Below are positions 13,441-26,200 of a DNA stretch of 64,000 nt, one piece after another. The notes beneath the pieces are model-generated. The model worked only from the letters and a program-made list of their open reading frames with translations. It was not told where the DNA came from and searched no databases. Made by a program: the position numbers and the translations under genes. Origin of the DNA: Leucoraja erinacea (Eukaryota); contig NC_073404.1 in assembly GCF_028641065.1 (NCBI RefSeq), forward strand, positions 13,888,001 to 13,952,000. Reading direction: 5' to 3'. Position 1 is the stretch's first letter, and the number at the start of each line of letters is the position of its first letter.

Positions 13441-14044
13441 AGTCGTGGTATTTCCTATGTTTACTGAAAAAAGGATTTTATTGTCATGTTTCCCAGATAG
13501 GACAATGATAGCAAGAATTTAATTGTCCTATCTGGGACACATGATGATAAACTCTGACTTCACTTGACAAAGTATTTCTATAATTCCTCTACAGTTCTTT
13601 ATTTACTCATCTGTCCCTAATGGGGACCACATTCACCCTTGCCAGTCTTTTTCCATTTACATATTTGTAGTAGTTCTTGCAACCCAATTTGTCGTCTTCA
13701 TGCCTGATATCTGCCAGTGCCCAGCTTCCTCTCCCTGCCCTTTTCACTCCCTCATTACCTTTTCCCATTGCCCTCTTACCCCCCCCAGCAACTGTTCCCC
13801 ACTGTCTGTTGACAACCAACAATTGCAACTTGCCACTGTCCCTCCTAACCCCACTGTTTCTGCCCCCACCTGCCTCTATCATCCCTCACTTCCTGTCCTA
13901 ACAATACAGTTCATGCCCTCCTTCACAGCCCTCTTCTACAAACCAATCCTCCACACCTCTCATGCCTCAGTGTCAGCCTGACTCCCAACCCACCCTACTG
14001 CCAATCCATCACTGCTCCTCTCATTCTTCACTCTGCCCCCTTTA

Positions 14045-15200
14045 CCGGAGATGTAATGCTGAGGCTCTATAAGATGCTGGTCAGGTCGCATTTGTAGTAT
14101 AGTGAACAAATTGGGGCCCAGAGGAGGTTTATAAGAATGATTCCAGGATTGAGCGGGTTAGCATATAATGAGTGCTTGACAGCACTGGCCTGAACTTGCT
14201 GGAGTTTAGTAAGTTGAGGGGGGACCTCATTGAAGTGGATGTGGAAAAGATGTTTCCTCTGGTGGGAGAGACTAGGACCAGAGGTCATAGTACTTACTTA
14301 CTTACTGCCTATTATGCCTTCTGGCATGTAGGGCAGCAACAAAGGTCCTCCACTCCTGTCTGTTCTGGGCTAGCTTCTGGACACTACCCCAGGTCAGGTT
14401 CATTGTTTTCATTTCCTCCTCTACAGTTCGACGCCAGGTAGTTTTGGGTCTCCCTCTTTCCCTTTTCCCTACCGGTGTCCAGTGCAGGGCTATTCTTAGG
14501 ATGCTGTCTGGTTCTCTTCTCAGTATATGGCCAATCCAGTTCCAGCGCCTTCTCATGATGCCTAGTCTTATGTTTGGCATTTAGAATTTCCACCTTCCTG
14601 CCAGTGGCTTCAATTCGGCTTTCACCATTGACATTCATCCTAGCATCTGTCGATAGCCCTGGAAGTCCATCACGCCCAGTAGTGTTGATTCCTTCAGTTG
14701 CTGTTTCTGCAACATATTTGTTTTACAAGACAGGGTTGTTAGCCCTATGCTCAACCTCCAACCTGGAGGACCAGTGGATCGCTCTTCGTCTCGCCTCTAC
14801 CCTTTGACCTGTCCAGTATGGGAGACCCTAACAGGAGGCAAATCTCCCGCTGGCTTAGCTCTAGGGGTCACTTCGACACACAAGCTCCCCGACCACGACA
14901 AGGTTGCAATCCAACGGGGAGCAGAGGTCATAGCCTCAGCATTAAAGGGCGCTCTTTTAGAAAGGAGGTGAGGAACTTCTTAAGTCAGAGGGTAGTTAAT
15001 CTGTGGAACTCATTGCCACAGAGGGCAGTCAAGGCCAAGCCATGGATATTTTTAAGGCAGATTCTTGATTAAAACGGGTGGCAAAGGTTATGGAGAGAAG
15101 GCAGGAAAATGGGATTAGGAGGTAGAGATCAGCCATGATTGAATGGCGGAGTAGACTCAAAGGGCCGAATTGCCTAATTCTACTCCTATAACTTGTGAAC
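14045..15200 (+). mobile_element. CR1 LINE 3' fragment split by an RTE-derived insertion
   Basis: CR1 C-terminal motifs (LRGDLIEV, TRGH | [18 protein letters not shown]) rejoin when 14291-14921 is removed. Confidence 0.8.
14291..14921 (-). mobile_element. Bipartite RTE-derived non-autonomous element (5' UTR + ORF2 3' end)
   Basis: 12-bp TSD cagaggtcatag (14279-14290, 14922-14933); (TAAG)n tail; RRWNWIGHILRR..GRPKTTWRRTVEEE RTE C-terminus; 5' end resembles RTE/BovB-type ccttgtcgtgg. Confidence 0.85.
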
Positions 15201-15429
15201 CCCACACCCCTTCCTGTCCCTTACTGCCTGTCATAATTGTTTAAGCATCACTACTCAAGCCCCCATGACTCACCTACTATGGATGTTTATGTAAAATGTA
15301 CTATTTTCTATTTCCCCCAACCATCCTTGTATTGCTCCTACCACCCTATCAGTCCCTCATATCTCTACTATATGCTGGCCTTGCTTGCTTGTGAGCTAGT
15401 ATCGAGACTTGCTAGTATCCAGACTTGCT

Positions 15430-16570
15430 AGTATCTAGACTTTCAGAAAGCCTTTGATAAGGTCCCGCACGGAAGACTGGTGACTAAAATTAGAGCACAT
15501 GGAATTGGGGGTAAGGTGTTGACGTGGATAGTAAATTGGTTGGCAGACAGGAAGCAAAGAGTAGGAGTGAACGGGTCCTTTTCAGAATGTCAGGCAGTGG
15601 CGAGTGGAGTGCCGCAAGGCTCGGTGTTGGGGCCGCAACTGTTTACCATATATATTAATGATTTGGAAGAGGGAACTAGGAGTAATATTAACACGTTTGC
15701 GGATGACACAAAGCTGGGTGGCAGTGTAAACTGTGAAGAGGATGTTAGGAGGTTGCAGGGTGACCTGGACAGGTTGAGTGAGTGGGCAGATGAATGGCAG
15801 ATGCAGTATAACATAGATAAATGTGAGGTTATCCACTTTGGTGGCAAAAACAAAGGGACAGACTATTATCTCAAACGGGGTTAGGTTAGGTAAGGGGGAG
15901 GTGCAGCGAGACCTGGGCATCCTTGTACAGCGGTCATTGAAAGTTGTCGTACAGGTACAGCAGGCAGTGAAGAAAGCTAATGGAATGTTGGCCTTCATAA
16001 CAAGAGGATTTCAGTATAGGAGTAAAGAGGTTCTTCTGCAGTTTTATAGGGCTCTGGTGAGACCACATCTGGAGTATTGTGTACAGTTTTGATCTCTTAA
16101 TTTGAGGATCGACATCCTTGTGATTGAGGCCGTGCAGCGTAGGTTCACGAGAGTGACCCCTGGGATGGCGGGACTGTCATATGAGGAAAGATTGAAAAGA
16201 CTAGGCTTGTATTCACTGGAGTTTAGAAGGATGAGGGGAACATCTTATAGAAACATATAAAATTATAAAAGGACTGGACAAGCTAGATGCAGGAAAAATG
16301 TTTTCAATGTGTGGCAAGTCCAGAACCAGGGCCCACATTCTTAGAATAAAGGGGAGGCCATTTAAGACTGAGGTGAGAAAAACTTTTTCACCCAGAGAGT
16401 TGTGAATTTGTGGAATTCCCTGCCTAGGGGCTAGTGGAGTCAAGGGATATGGGGAGAAGGCAGGAGTGGGTTATTGATAGGGGACAATCAGCCATGATCA
16501 CAATGAATGGCGGTGCTGGCTTGAAGAGCCGAATGGCCTCCTCCTGCACCTATTTTCTATGTTTCTATGA
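15430..16570 (+). mobile_element. CR1 LINE (HER1-like), 5'-truncated RT to 3' end
   Basis: LDFQKAFDKVPH, GVPQGSVLGP, FADDTKLGG, LVRPHLEYCVQF; frameshifts and stops; ttctatgt tail. Confidence 0.92.
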
Positions 16571-17283
16571 GCTCATATACTAAAAATGAATTAAAAGATC
16601 AGGCCAGATTGATAAGGGATGGTGGAATTCCTTCCCTTATAGAACAAGTGAACCCATGAGTTTCATGATTAATGTTACTGTTGTTGACTTGTTAGTTCAG
16701 ATGTATTAAATAAATTGAATAACTTTCCAATTGTCACAGTGGAGCCTCTGGATTGCCAGTACAATAACATTGTTATTGTGTTATGTATTCTAAACATACT
16801 TTCACTTCATGCTGTTTAATGCCATGTGTATTAGAAATTTACCTATTCTTCCTGTAAAAGCAGATTAAAGAATAAAGAGTGAAGAAGATTAGACTTTATT
16901 ACCTTCTATCACAGTGAGGAATGTGGGGAATCCGCTGCAGTGGATGTTTATATTAACTTTTATGTAGTTGTGTGTCTTGTTGCTTTTTCGAGTATGACTG
17001 TATAGTAAATCGAGTTTCACTGGACCTTAATTGGCACACGTGACAATAAAATACCTTTGAACCTTTGAAATTAATTGTATATTGATTTCTTTAACTCAAG
17101 GACTCTTGGCAATTATAGATTCTAGGGAGATTATAGGTAGGAATTTTATTTAAAATCTTCTGTTTTTATACTGGTCCGACTATCTGTTTTGTTTGGTGGT
17201 AATATGTTTGTTGTGACCCCCCCTCCCCCAGACTGCTACTTTGGAGCCCTGCTGCTCCATTTGGGGTTTCTAACAGTTCACCG

Positions 17284-20200
17284 ATGGCACATTCCCTACG
17301 AGTGAGTGATGGCTTCCTACAACAGCTTGACCTTGTACTCAAAGATGATCATTCTTTGCCCATGGATCTGCATGCTGAACTCAAATCCTGCTTCACAGGA
17401 ACGAAACCCACCCCCACGATTCCTTTCACCCTCCTGAGAAAACTCCACATATTCTTGGAAACAAAAGGTGAGTAAATCAGACAAAAATGGCTGGTTTTTA
17501 ATCTCATTATTCTTTATGAATTTATGCTGGGACGTAGGATTTAACAACCACAAAAAACCCTTGCGTCATTTATCTATATTAAAAGCAACAGGGTAACTAG
17601 AGAAAGCATATGTCCCCTTAAGGATCAGTGCAGTTGTCTATGTGTGGAGCCACAGGAGGTGGACAATGTCTTAAATGAATATTTCTAATTTGTATTTATT
17701 GTGGAGGAGGTTATGGAAGCTAGGCACAAAATGCTGGAATAACTCAGTGGGACTGGGAACATCTCTGGAGAGAAGGAATGGGTCACGTTTCGGGTCAAGA
17801 CCGTTCATCAGACAGTCTCGACCAGAAACGTCTCTCCAGAGATGCTGCCTGTCCCACTGAGATACTCCACCATTTTATGTCTACCTTCGATTTAAACCAG
17901 CATCTGCAGTTATTTCCTACACAGGTTATGGAAGCTATGGAAATCATGGGAGGAAAATAGAGATGTTTTGAAAAATATTCACGTAAGAGGATAGAGATAC
18001 AAGGAATTGCAGATGTTGGTTTAAATAAAAGGACACAATGTGGTGGAGTGAGTCAGCTGGTCAGGCAGCATCTCTGGAGAACACAATGACGATTTGGGTC
18101 GGGATTTGGACCTGACCCGAAACTTCACCAATGCATGTTCTCCAAAGATGCTGCTGACCCCCTGAAATCAACTGGAAAAGTGGGACAAAGAATAGCAGAT
18201 GGAATTTAACTTGGACAAGTGAAAACACAGAACTGTACAGCACAAGAGGCTGCCATTCTGAAGAAGGTCCCAACTTTAAACATTGTTTATTCATTTCTTC
18301 CTTACATGCTGCCTGGCCCACAGAATTCTTCCAGCATTTTGATTTTTGTTCAGCCATTTAAAAGGGACCTAACTGTCAACTTTTTCACACAGTGGGTAGT
18401 GGATATGTGGTAAAGGTGGGTACAAATACAACATTTAAATTATATATGGATAGATACACCGGCAGGAAATGATGAGAGAAATATGGGCCAAACGCAGACA
18501 AATAGGACTACCCCAGGAAGATGTCTTGGTCACCATGACTAGTTGGGCTGAAGGCCCTGTTTCTGTGCTGCAGAAATCTATCACTCTATGATTATAATTC
18601 TGCAGGCAGTAGACTGTTCGGTGAACTTATGTAACTTTGTGGCCCCAAACCATGGCGAGGCTTGTGTATTGTCTAGGTGAGGTCTGCTACATGCAAAAAC
18701 AAAGCATTTCACTGTACTTTCAAATGTATCTATTTGACAATAAAGTATAATTGAATCATTCTTTACATCCTGCCAAGCAGAAGCAGCTCATGTGTGCTGT
18801 TAACAGGGTGCAGGCTCCCCTTCCTTCCCCTCCCCAGCATCATCCATTCCGCCTCAGCTGCCCCCTGTCCCCTCTTGACTGTCCCCCTCCCTACCAAGCT
18901 GCCCCTTCCGTCGTGGATGAGATGTCACTCCTACAGGTGTGAAATAGAGGAGCTCCTCCTGTCGTTCTCCCACCTGGAGTGCTGGCTTAGTAAAGCTGGA
19001 ATAAATTAAGTGACCTGATAACCATTTAAAGATGGGTAGCGAGTCAATTGAGTGGGGCCCTCACCTGTCGTTCTGGGCCCCTGTATAATCTTGGCTGAGA
19101 TGTGATGGTTTGTGTGATTTTACTTACTGTAGTTCGATGTTCTTTGTTTGCAGGGTTCCCTGTGTATCTTCACGAACTTCTGGAGGGTGCAGAAATATTT
19201 ACACCAGAAGTGAAGCTGCCTGAGAGGGTCAGTATAGAAGATGGGAGGAGGTGACTGAGGTGGGGGGTGGTATGGAATACTGCCCTTAATCTGGCACTGG
19301 CTCTGCACTGGACTCTGCTGGTTTCTGGTTTCTCCTAGACACTGGTTTCTCCTGGACATTGGACTCTGCTGGGCACTGATCTCCATTGGAAAGTGATCTC
19401 CACCAGACACTGGTCTCCACAGGACACTGGTCTCCACTTGATACAGGACACTGGTTCTCACTGGGTGCACCACCATTCATTCTGGCTGATCTTTTAACCC
19501 CAATACTACTTCCCCCACCCATAATCCCTCGATTCCATTAATATCCAAACGTTCGGGATCTTTCCGTGAATATAGTCAGTGACTGAGCCACTGCCCTCCT
19601 GTGCAGAGAGTTTCAAAGATTTGGTATGTTCTGGGAACGTAAATTACTTAACTCCGCCCTGAATGTCTGATTCCTTATTTCGAGACTGTACTGGCTGGTT
19701 CCAGGCACGCTGGCCAGGAGAAAAGGCATCCCTGTATCTGCCCATCAAACCCAGCAAGAATTTATACTTCCTTTCTTACTCATTAGGATTCAGAATGCTC
19801 ATTGAGTCAATACCAGTTCCAGCACTCCTGCAACTTAGTCTATCTCCTGTGCCCATCAAATCATTGATTCTATTGTCACATATCTACATTAGGGAGTAAA
19901 TTACAGCAGTAGTTGGGATGTGGGAGGAAATCAGATCACAAGGGGGAAAGCCACACAGTCACAGGGAAAATGTGCAAGACAGTGCACGGATTGAGCCTGT
20001 GTTACTGGAACTGTGAAGCGGCAGCTCTACCAATGAGGCGATGTATTTTAGGAAGTCAAAAGTGCAAATATCTCCGTTGGTGTCTGTGGTGGGTCACCAT
20101 CTCTGATCCTTGTGAGTGTGTGTGCTGAGGACAGGAGATCAGACTTAATCTGGTAAATCTGTTACTGGTTATCAGTTATGAAATGTTAATGACCTTCTCA

Positions 20201-23200
20201 TGTCACGTCCCTGTCCCTTTCAGAACCCGCAGCTGGTGGCCAGATTGGACAAGATCAAAGCAAAGATGGCAAATGAAGAGTACAGACGGATCACCAAAAA
20301 TGTCAACTGCCAGGTGGTGTGATCTTCTCCAGGGGTTCTGGCGTGCTTGCTCTATATTGGTGTAGCCCTGTGTCCAGGAGCAGGACAGCCTGGCTGGGGA
20401 TAAAGCCACAGCTTGGTGCTAACTTCCCTTTATCTTTTGTTCCTAGCAGATAAACCGATACGGCACAATTGGAGATGTGGGAAAGCAAGGTGAGTGGCTG
20501 AAGATTTTCCATTGGATTTGTTTCAAATCATATCTATTCAAAATGAAGTTCAAGACGAGCAGGACCGAATGTAGAATTAAATGACTAGGGAAATGATGGA
20601 GGATTTCAGCCAGTCAGGCAGTCACTTGTGGAAAAAATATTTATTTAACATTTCTGGCCAGGGAGCCTTCCTGAGAACCTCTTTCCACAGGACCTGCGTT
20701 CTGGCTGAGTTCTTCCAGCAGTTGGTTTTGATTCAGATTCTGGTCTCTGCAGTTTTAGTTGATTCCACTGTAGAATGAGTTGGTCACTCTGGCAACAATC
20801 TGGCATTTGTGTACCAAAGTCTCAGAGTGACTTTGTCATCTGAGAGATTCTGTTCAGCTGGGAAGTGTTAAAAAATAATGTTGAGACTGCAGCAGGTATT
20901 ATTGAGGTTGGGGTAGTGGAAGGGGAGCCTGCATAACCATCTGTTTATGAAAGAACTGCAGATGCTGGAAAAATCAACGGTAGACAAAAATGCCGGAGAA
21001 ACTCAGCGGGTGAGGCAGCATCTATGGAGAGAAGAAATAGGTGACGTTTCAGGTTGAGACCCTTATTTAGACGCTGCTCGACCCGAAATGTCACCTATTC
21101 CTTCGCTCCATAGATGCTGCCTCACCCGCTGAGTTTCTCCGGCATTTTGTCTACCTTCATGACCACCTCGTCATCTCCACCTCGCCCAGGAACTCCGGAT
21201 GGAACATCCTGTCAAGTCAGGCGAAGCACGTCTGAAGAAGGGTTCCAACCCAAAATGTCATCTGGCCATTCTCTCCAAAGATGTTACCCACTGAGTTCCT
21301 CTCACACTTTTGCTCAAGGTTCCAGCATCTGCAGTCTCTTGTGTCTCCATTAAACAGGTAAGGTATATATTCTTTAGAGTTCAGAGGATGAGAGGTGATC
21401 TGATGGAAATATAGAGCATCCCAATGGGGCACAGTAGATAGATGATTGAGATGTTTCCATATGGACTGTTAGCTAGGAACACACCCACATGAGGATTCTG
21501 GTACATCACTCTGCAACTCGCCTGTGTTTTTCCCAATCTCCAAGTGTTCTGGTATGAACCTGGAAGGTTCCATCTCCTTGATGTAGAAAACCTGAAACAC
21601 AATGTTAAAGCAAAGTCTCTGCGCCTCACAGCAGGGATGTGGTAACCACAGTGTCTGTGGGTGATCAGGAGAGCTCCTGGTTGCTGCATCCAGTGGGCAA
21701 GGCTGGTCTAAATTAACTTCTGCTCTTCGTTTTGCATCAGCATCGCTTTAGAAATGCTGCTCCTATTTCCAGAACACAGAGCAGTTTCCTCTGGTTCTGG
21801 GATTTTGGTTGCCTAGCTGCGACCAGCACTGTCAATCTCCTGTGTCAGATCGGCTTTTAACCCTTGCTGATGTCTACCTCTTTCTGTCGGTGTTGCAGTG
21901 CGATCCGCTAAGGCCGTGGTGGTAACCATCTTTAACTTCATGGTGACGGTGGTGGCAGCGTTTGCCTGCGCCTACCTCGGTAGTCAGTACTTGTTCACGG
22001 AGCCGGCTGCGGTGAGTGTGGGTATCGCATGGGACGAAGATAATTGATGGGAGGTGTTTAACAGAACATAGATCAATACAGCATGGTAACAGGCCCCTTC
22101 AGACAACAATGTTTGTGCCAAACATGATGCCAAGTAAAACCAATCTCTGCCTGCACATTACCAATATCCCACATACCCTGCATATCCATGTGCCCATTTA
22201 AAAGCCTCTTAAATGCCACCATAGTATTTGTCTCCACCATCACTCCTGCAGCAAGTTCCAGGAACCCACAACCCACTTTGTAAAACAAAACACACCTTGC
22301 ACATCTCCTTTAAACTTTGCCCCTTCTCACCTTAAAGCCACGACTTCTGGTGTCTGACGTTTCCACTCTGGAAAATGCGTCTGACTGTCCACCCTATCTA
22401 TGCCTTTCAGAATTTTATCTACTTCTATCAGGCCTCTCCTCAACCTCTGATGTTCCAGGGAAATTCAAGTTTGTTCAACCTCTCTTTATATGTAATACCC
22501 TCTAATCCAGGCAGCATTCTGGTAAACCTCTTCTGCACCACGTTCAAAACCTCCACATCATTGCTGTGACCAGAACTACACACAGTACTTCAATTGCTGC
22601 CTAAGCAAAGTGTTACAAAGCCACAACATGACCCTTATACTCAATGCCCTGACCAATGAAGGCAAGCATACCATATGCCTTCTTTACCACTCATGTACTT
22701 GCGTTGCCACTTTCAGGAGCTATGGATTGATGAAGAATAGAGATGGGAGGGAGAGCTTTGATGAAGAGGGATTTGTGAGGGAGTGTTTGGGCTTGGGAAG
22801 GTCCGATGCCGGGGTTTGGGATTTGATGGGGGATGTTTGTCAGCTGGGGTAATGTTAATGAGGAACTTGGCCAGTGTATATGGGCCAACACTTCATTATT
22901 GGAGTGAATGGAATGTGGGGCCTGTACTCCTGTGAGATGTGGTTTCTGGCATGTGGTCAGGGGTCAGACTGAACAATGAACATCTGTAGTGGCCCTGGGC
23001 GACATGCTGTTGGCTTCCTTCAGTCTCCCTGCGCTGGAGAACGCTGGAGTACGCTGGTCTGCTCTGGATGTCTGGCAGGAATGAATACACAAGAATGGAT
23101 GATGTGATTGCACAAGCCTATGGCAGACCTTGTTCTCTGACATTGCCTCTGCCTTTCCTTCTGCTGCAGTGTGTTCTCAGTGGACTCATTGTTGCCTCAG

Positions 23201-23265
23201 TGGTGGGGTTGGCTGAGCTGTACGTGCTCGTGCGCACCATGGAAGGAGAACTGGGGGAGATGTAG
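17284..23265 (+). CDS. TMEM199: Transmembrane protein 199 / V-ATPase assembly factor VMA12, 6 coding exons, 199 aa
   Basis: Exons 17284-17467, 19154-19227 ([24 protein letters not shown]), 20224-20313 ([30 protein letters not shown]), 20447-20489, 21899-22011 ([33 protein letters not shown]), 23170-23265 (..[24 protein letters not shown]). Sum is 600 nt in frame; lies head-to-head with POLDIP2 as in mammals. Confidence 0.95.
19290..19465. repeat. Degenerate minisatellite (cactggtctccac/ggac units)
   Basis: Repeated cactgg(t/c)tctc..units visible directly after TMEM199 exon 2. Confidence 0.55.
22060..22725 (-). mobile_element. Degenerate CR1 LINE 3' fragment
   Basis: Inverse of CR1 3' motifs (ggtaaacctcttctgcacc, ccagaactacacacagta, caatgccctgaccaatgaaggc). 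Confidence 0.65.
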
Positions 23266-26200
23266 CGGGCACGGATCCCCCGGCTATGGTCTCGTCGGAC
23301 CAGCTACATGTTTCACCACAAGGTCTGGCTGGAATCTGCTTTGTGCGGCTCTCACCCTGCGGGAATGCTGGAAGCTCTCTACCTACAAATATTGACTCTG
23401 CAAACACCTTTGTTGTACATTATCTGTACATGTTCTTGTGCTGTGACCAAGGTTTATTTGTTGTTCATGTGTTACTTTATGAGTATGTAAGGAATAATTA
23501 AGTTGATGTGTGCCTGTCCAGTCCAGGTATGAACCACTCTCCCACAAAGAACATTGATGAGCAAGTTGTGTCTTCTGACAATCGGCTTGCTTTGTTCTCA
23601 ATATCCTTCAGCTGAATTTAATTTCACAATGTGTATAACCCTCTATCTGTTGATTACATAACTAGTGCCACAATCATGACAAAATGCCCCAAAGCACTGC
23701 TCAGATCTGAAACAAAACCAGAGAATGCAGGAGATACTCAGCAGGTCAGTCAGCATCTGTGGAAAGAGGCTTATTATGATTTCACTTCAAAGTCTTTTTG
23801 ACTGACTGATGGGAAAGCGCGGGTATATCTGTGAAGGGAGTGCGCAATCTGTTGGCGTAAGGGGGAGGCAAGTGGGGTGCTGGTAATTATCTCCTCTTTG
23901 TATCTTTCCTGGAGAAGCAATGATCAGGAACCCAGGAGAAACTAGAGTCGCCAAATCTTCCTGCCCTCTCTCAGCGCACCCAAAGACCTATTGTCTATAG
24001 ATACCTTGAGTTAGTCACAGTGTTTCATTCTTGCGAAGCAACCCGTGTGTGATGGAGTGTGGTGATTCTGACTGAGATTGTATACCTGTAACTGAGTTTG
24101 CTGTTGCGTATGTGTCCACTTATGTTAAAGAACATCTCGTGCTTGGTTGGGAAGCTGGCTTCGTGAGAGGAAGGTGTCTCCCAGTGTGAACAACTCCATT
24201 CACTGCACCCTGAGAAGGGTGATGCAGAGTTACTGGCCTTGGGAACCTCAGCCTGAAGTACACACTGGTGGTTGACAGGTTCCAGCTGAAGCAATAACTT
24301 TACACATCGCACTTTACACACAGCTAAACATTCAAAGGTTATTCACAGGAGCAAATGTAAGCTGACATAGGGAGGATGACCAAAAGCTTGGTAAGAGAAA
24401 CATCTTGAAGGGGGAAGAGGGATAGAAACTGAGAGGTTTAGGAAGGAAATCCCAGAGTTTAGGGCCTTGGCAACAGAACATTGAAGGATGGAATTAGTGA
24501 AGGCTGCAGGGCCAGAGGGGGCTGGAGGGTGTATGGACTTTGAAAATGGAGACATTGCTTCATTGGGAGCAAGTGATCTCAGAGCTAAGCAGTGTCCACC
24601 ATACATTTGTATGCAGAGTCGAATGTGAGAATGCCACTCCCCTGAGAGGGAACACCTTGCATGAAATGGGCCCTGCAAAAAGAGTTGTCCCACTTCCTGG
24701 TTAGATTGGTCTCATGCTAAGATCTGGCCCTGGAGTTAGAGTGGACACCAGATAAGGCTTCCCTGTCAACTTGAATATTTGGAATTGAATATTTCAGTCC
24801 AAAGACTTTATTAAAAACGAAATAAATCTCAGTCAAACTTTGTAACTTGTGCCTTGTGTTGAGTGGAGTGATTGACATGCAAAACGCATTGCCTGACACT
24901 CCCACAGATGCATGTATGAGGAGTCTTGCGTCTGCGCAGTAAAACGCTCAGTCCACTTCTCCATGAGAATGGAGTTCCTGTAATTGTTTCACTTGAACAA
25001 TGTTGGCATTTGATGGGACCCAGCAATGTAACATTGACCTCTGTCAGTCCTGCATTTTAATAATGACCACACTTAAACATTTGGAATGAAGTTCATTGAA
25101 TTTGCTTGAACAGATGCAACCTGTATCCTGGGAGTGTGTGATGGAATGGTGTAGAGGGAGCTTCACTGTATCTGATCCTTTTTCTGGCCTTTGTACTCCT
25201 TTGTACATGTGTTCTTTTTGTTGATATATTTTTTAGTTTTTAAATATCTTTACCATGATTTCAAACATTACTAAAAAAAACGTAATATAGCAATGCACAC
25301 AAGTCCCAGACATTCCAGCATTCACCACCCTTGCCCTCTCCAGGAGCACTCTAGAACCAAGTCACCGTGGCAGGGGCAAGCCAACGGTTACATGGAAACA
25401 AAATACGCCGTTAAAGTTATTACTGAGTAAAGCTGTTCCTTGATCTGTCCCAGTGCAGGGAGAGCAGGGTGGATTTTTCATACGCAAGGAAAACACAGCT
25501 CTCAGCTCGGAGGGAGTTGCCTGTCCTTCATTGGAGTCTGGTTAGTAATTAGGGAGTAGGGAGCCTGCACGCAGAGGGGGGGGGGGGTCTCTGTCAGAGT
25601 GGCAGCCCGTGAGGCAGGCTCAGCACCGGTGGATCTGAACACCACCAAGGCTCTTGGCCCAAACTCCCCGCAGACCTATCGAGGAGTGGCTCAAGTGGGA
25701 CCGTTCTGACTGAGCTGATTCCCTCAGCTGCATTCGCCCATTGGATCTCCTTGGGAGCTTTGATCAATTGTTTTTGATCAACTCTTAAAAAAGCTCGACA
25801 GCATAGCACAATGGTCTTTCTGTAGGCATTGCTCTTGAACTATCTCTCAGCTTCTTCACCTATTGCAGGGCGAGTCCCCAGTGGTGGTCACTCAACACAA
25901 GGGTCTTCCCCCCTTCATATCAGGGACCTGAGCTGGAAAGTGTGCACTGAGCAGTAACACAGGTTTCTCAGCTGGTTCACTAACTCCCAGGCTGCCTGCA
26001 GTTGCTGCGTCCTGGAGTGTTGCCCTTGAGTGTAAGGTTGCAGCCCCAATTTGAATGTTTGACGATGCTGCTCCTCAAGTTCTGGTTGAACTTCAGCCTG
26101 TGGAGGAGGTTGAGGGTATGTGGGTTGGGGAACCTCTCATTGACCTGCTCCTGAGCCTGGCTAATGTAGCCATTCACAGGTCCACACAGCGGGTTTTACA

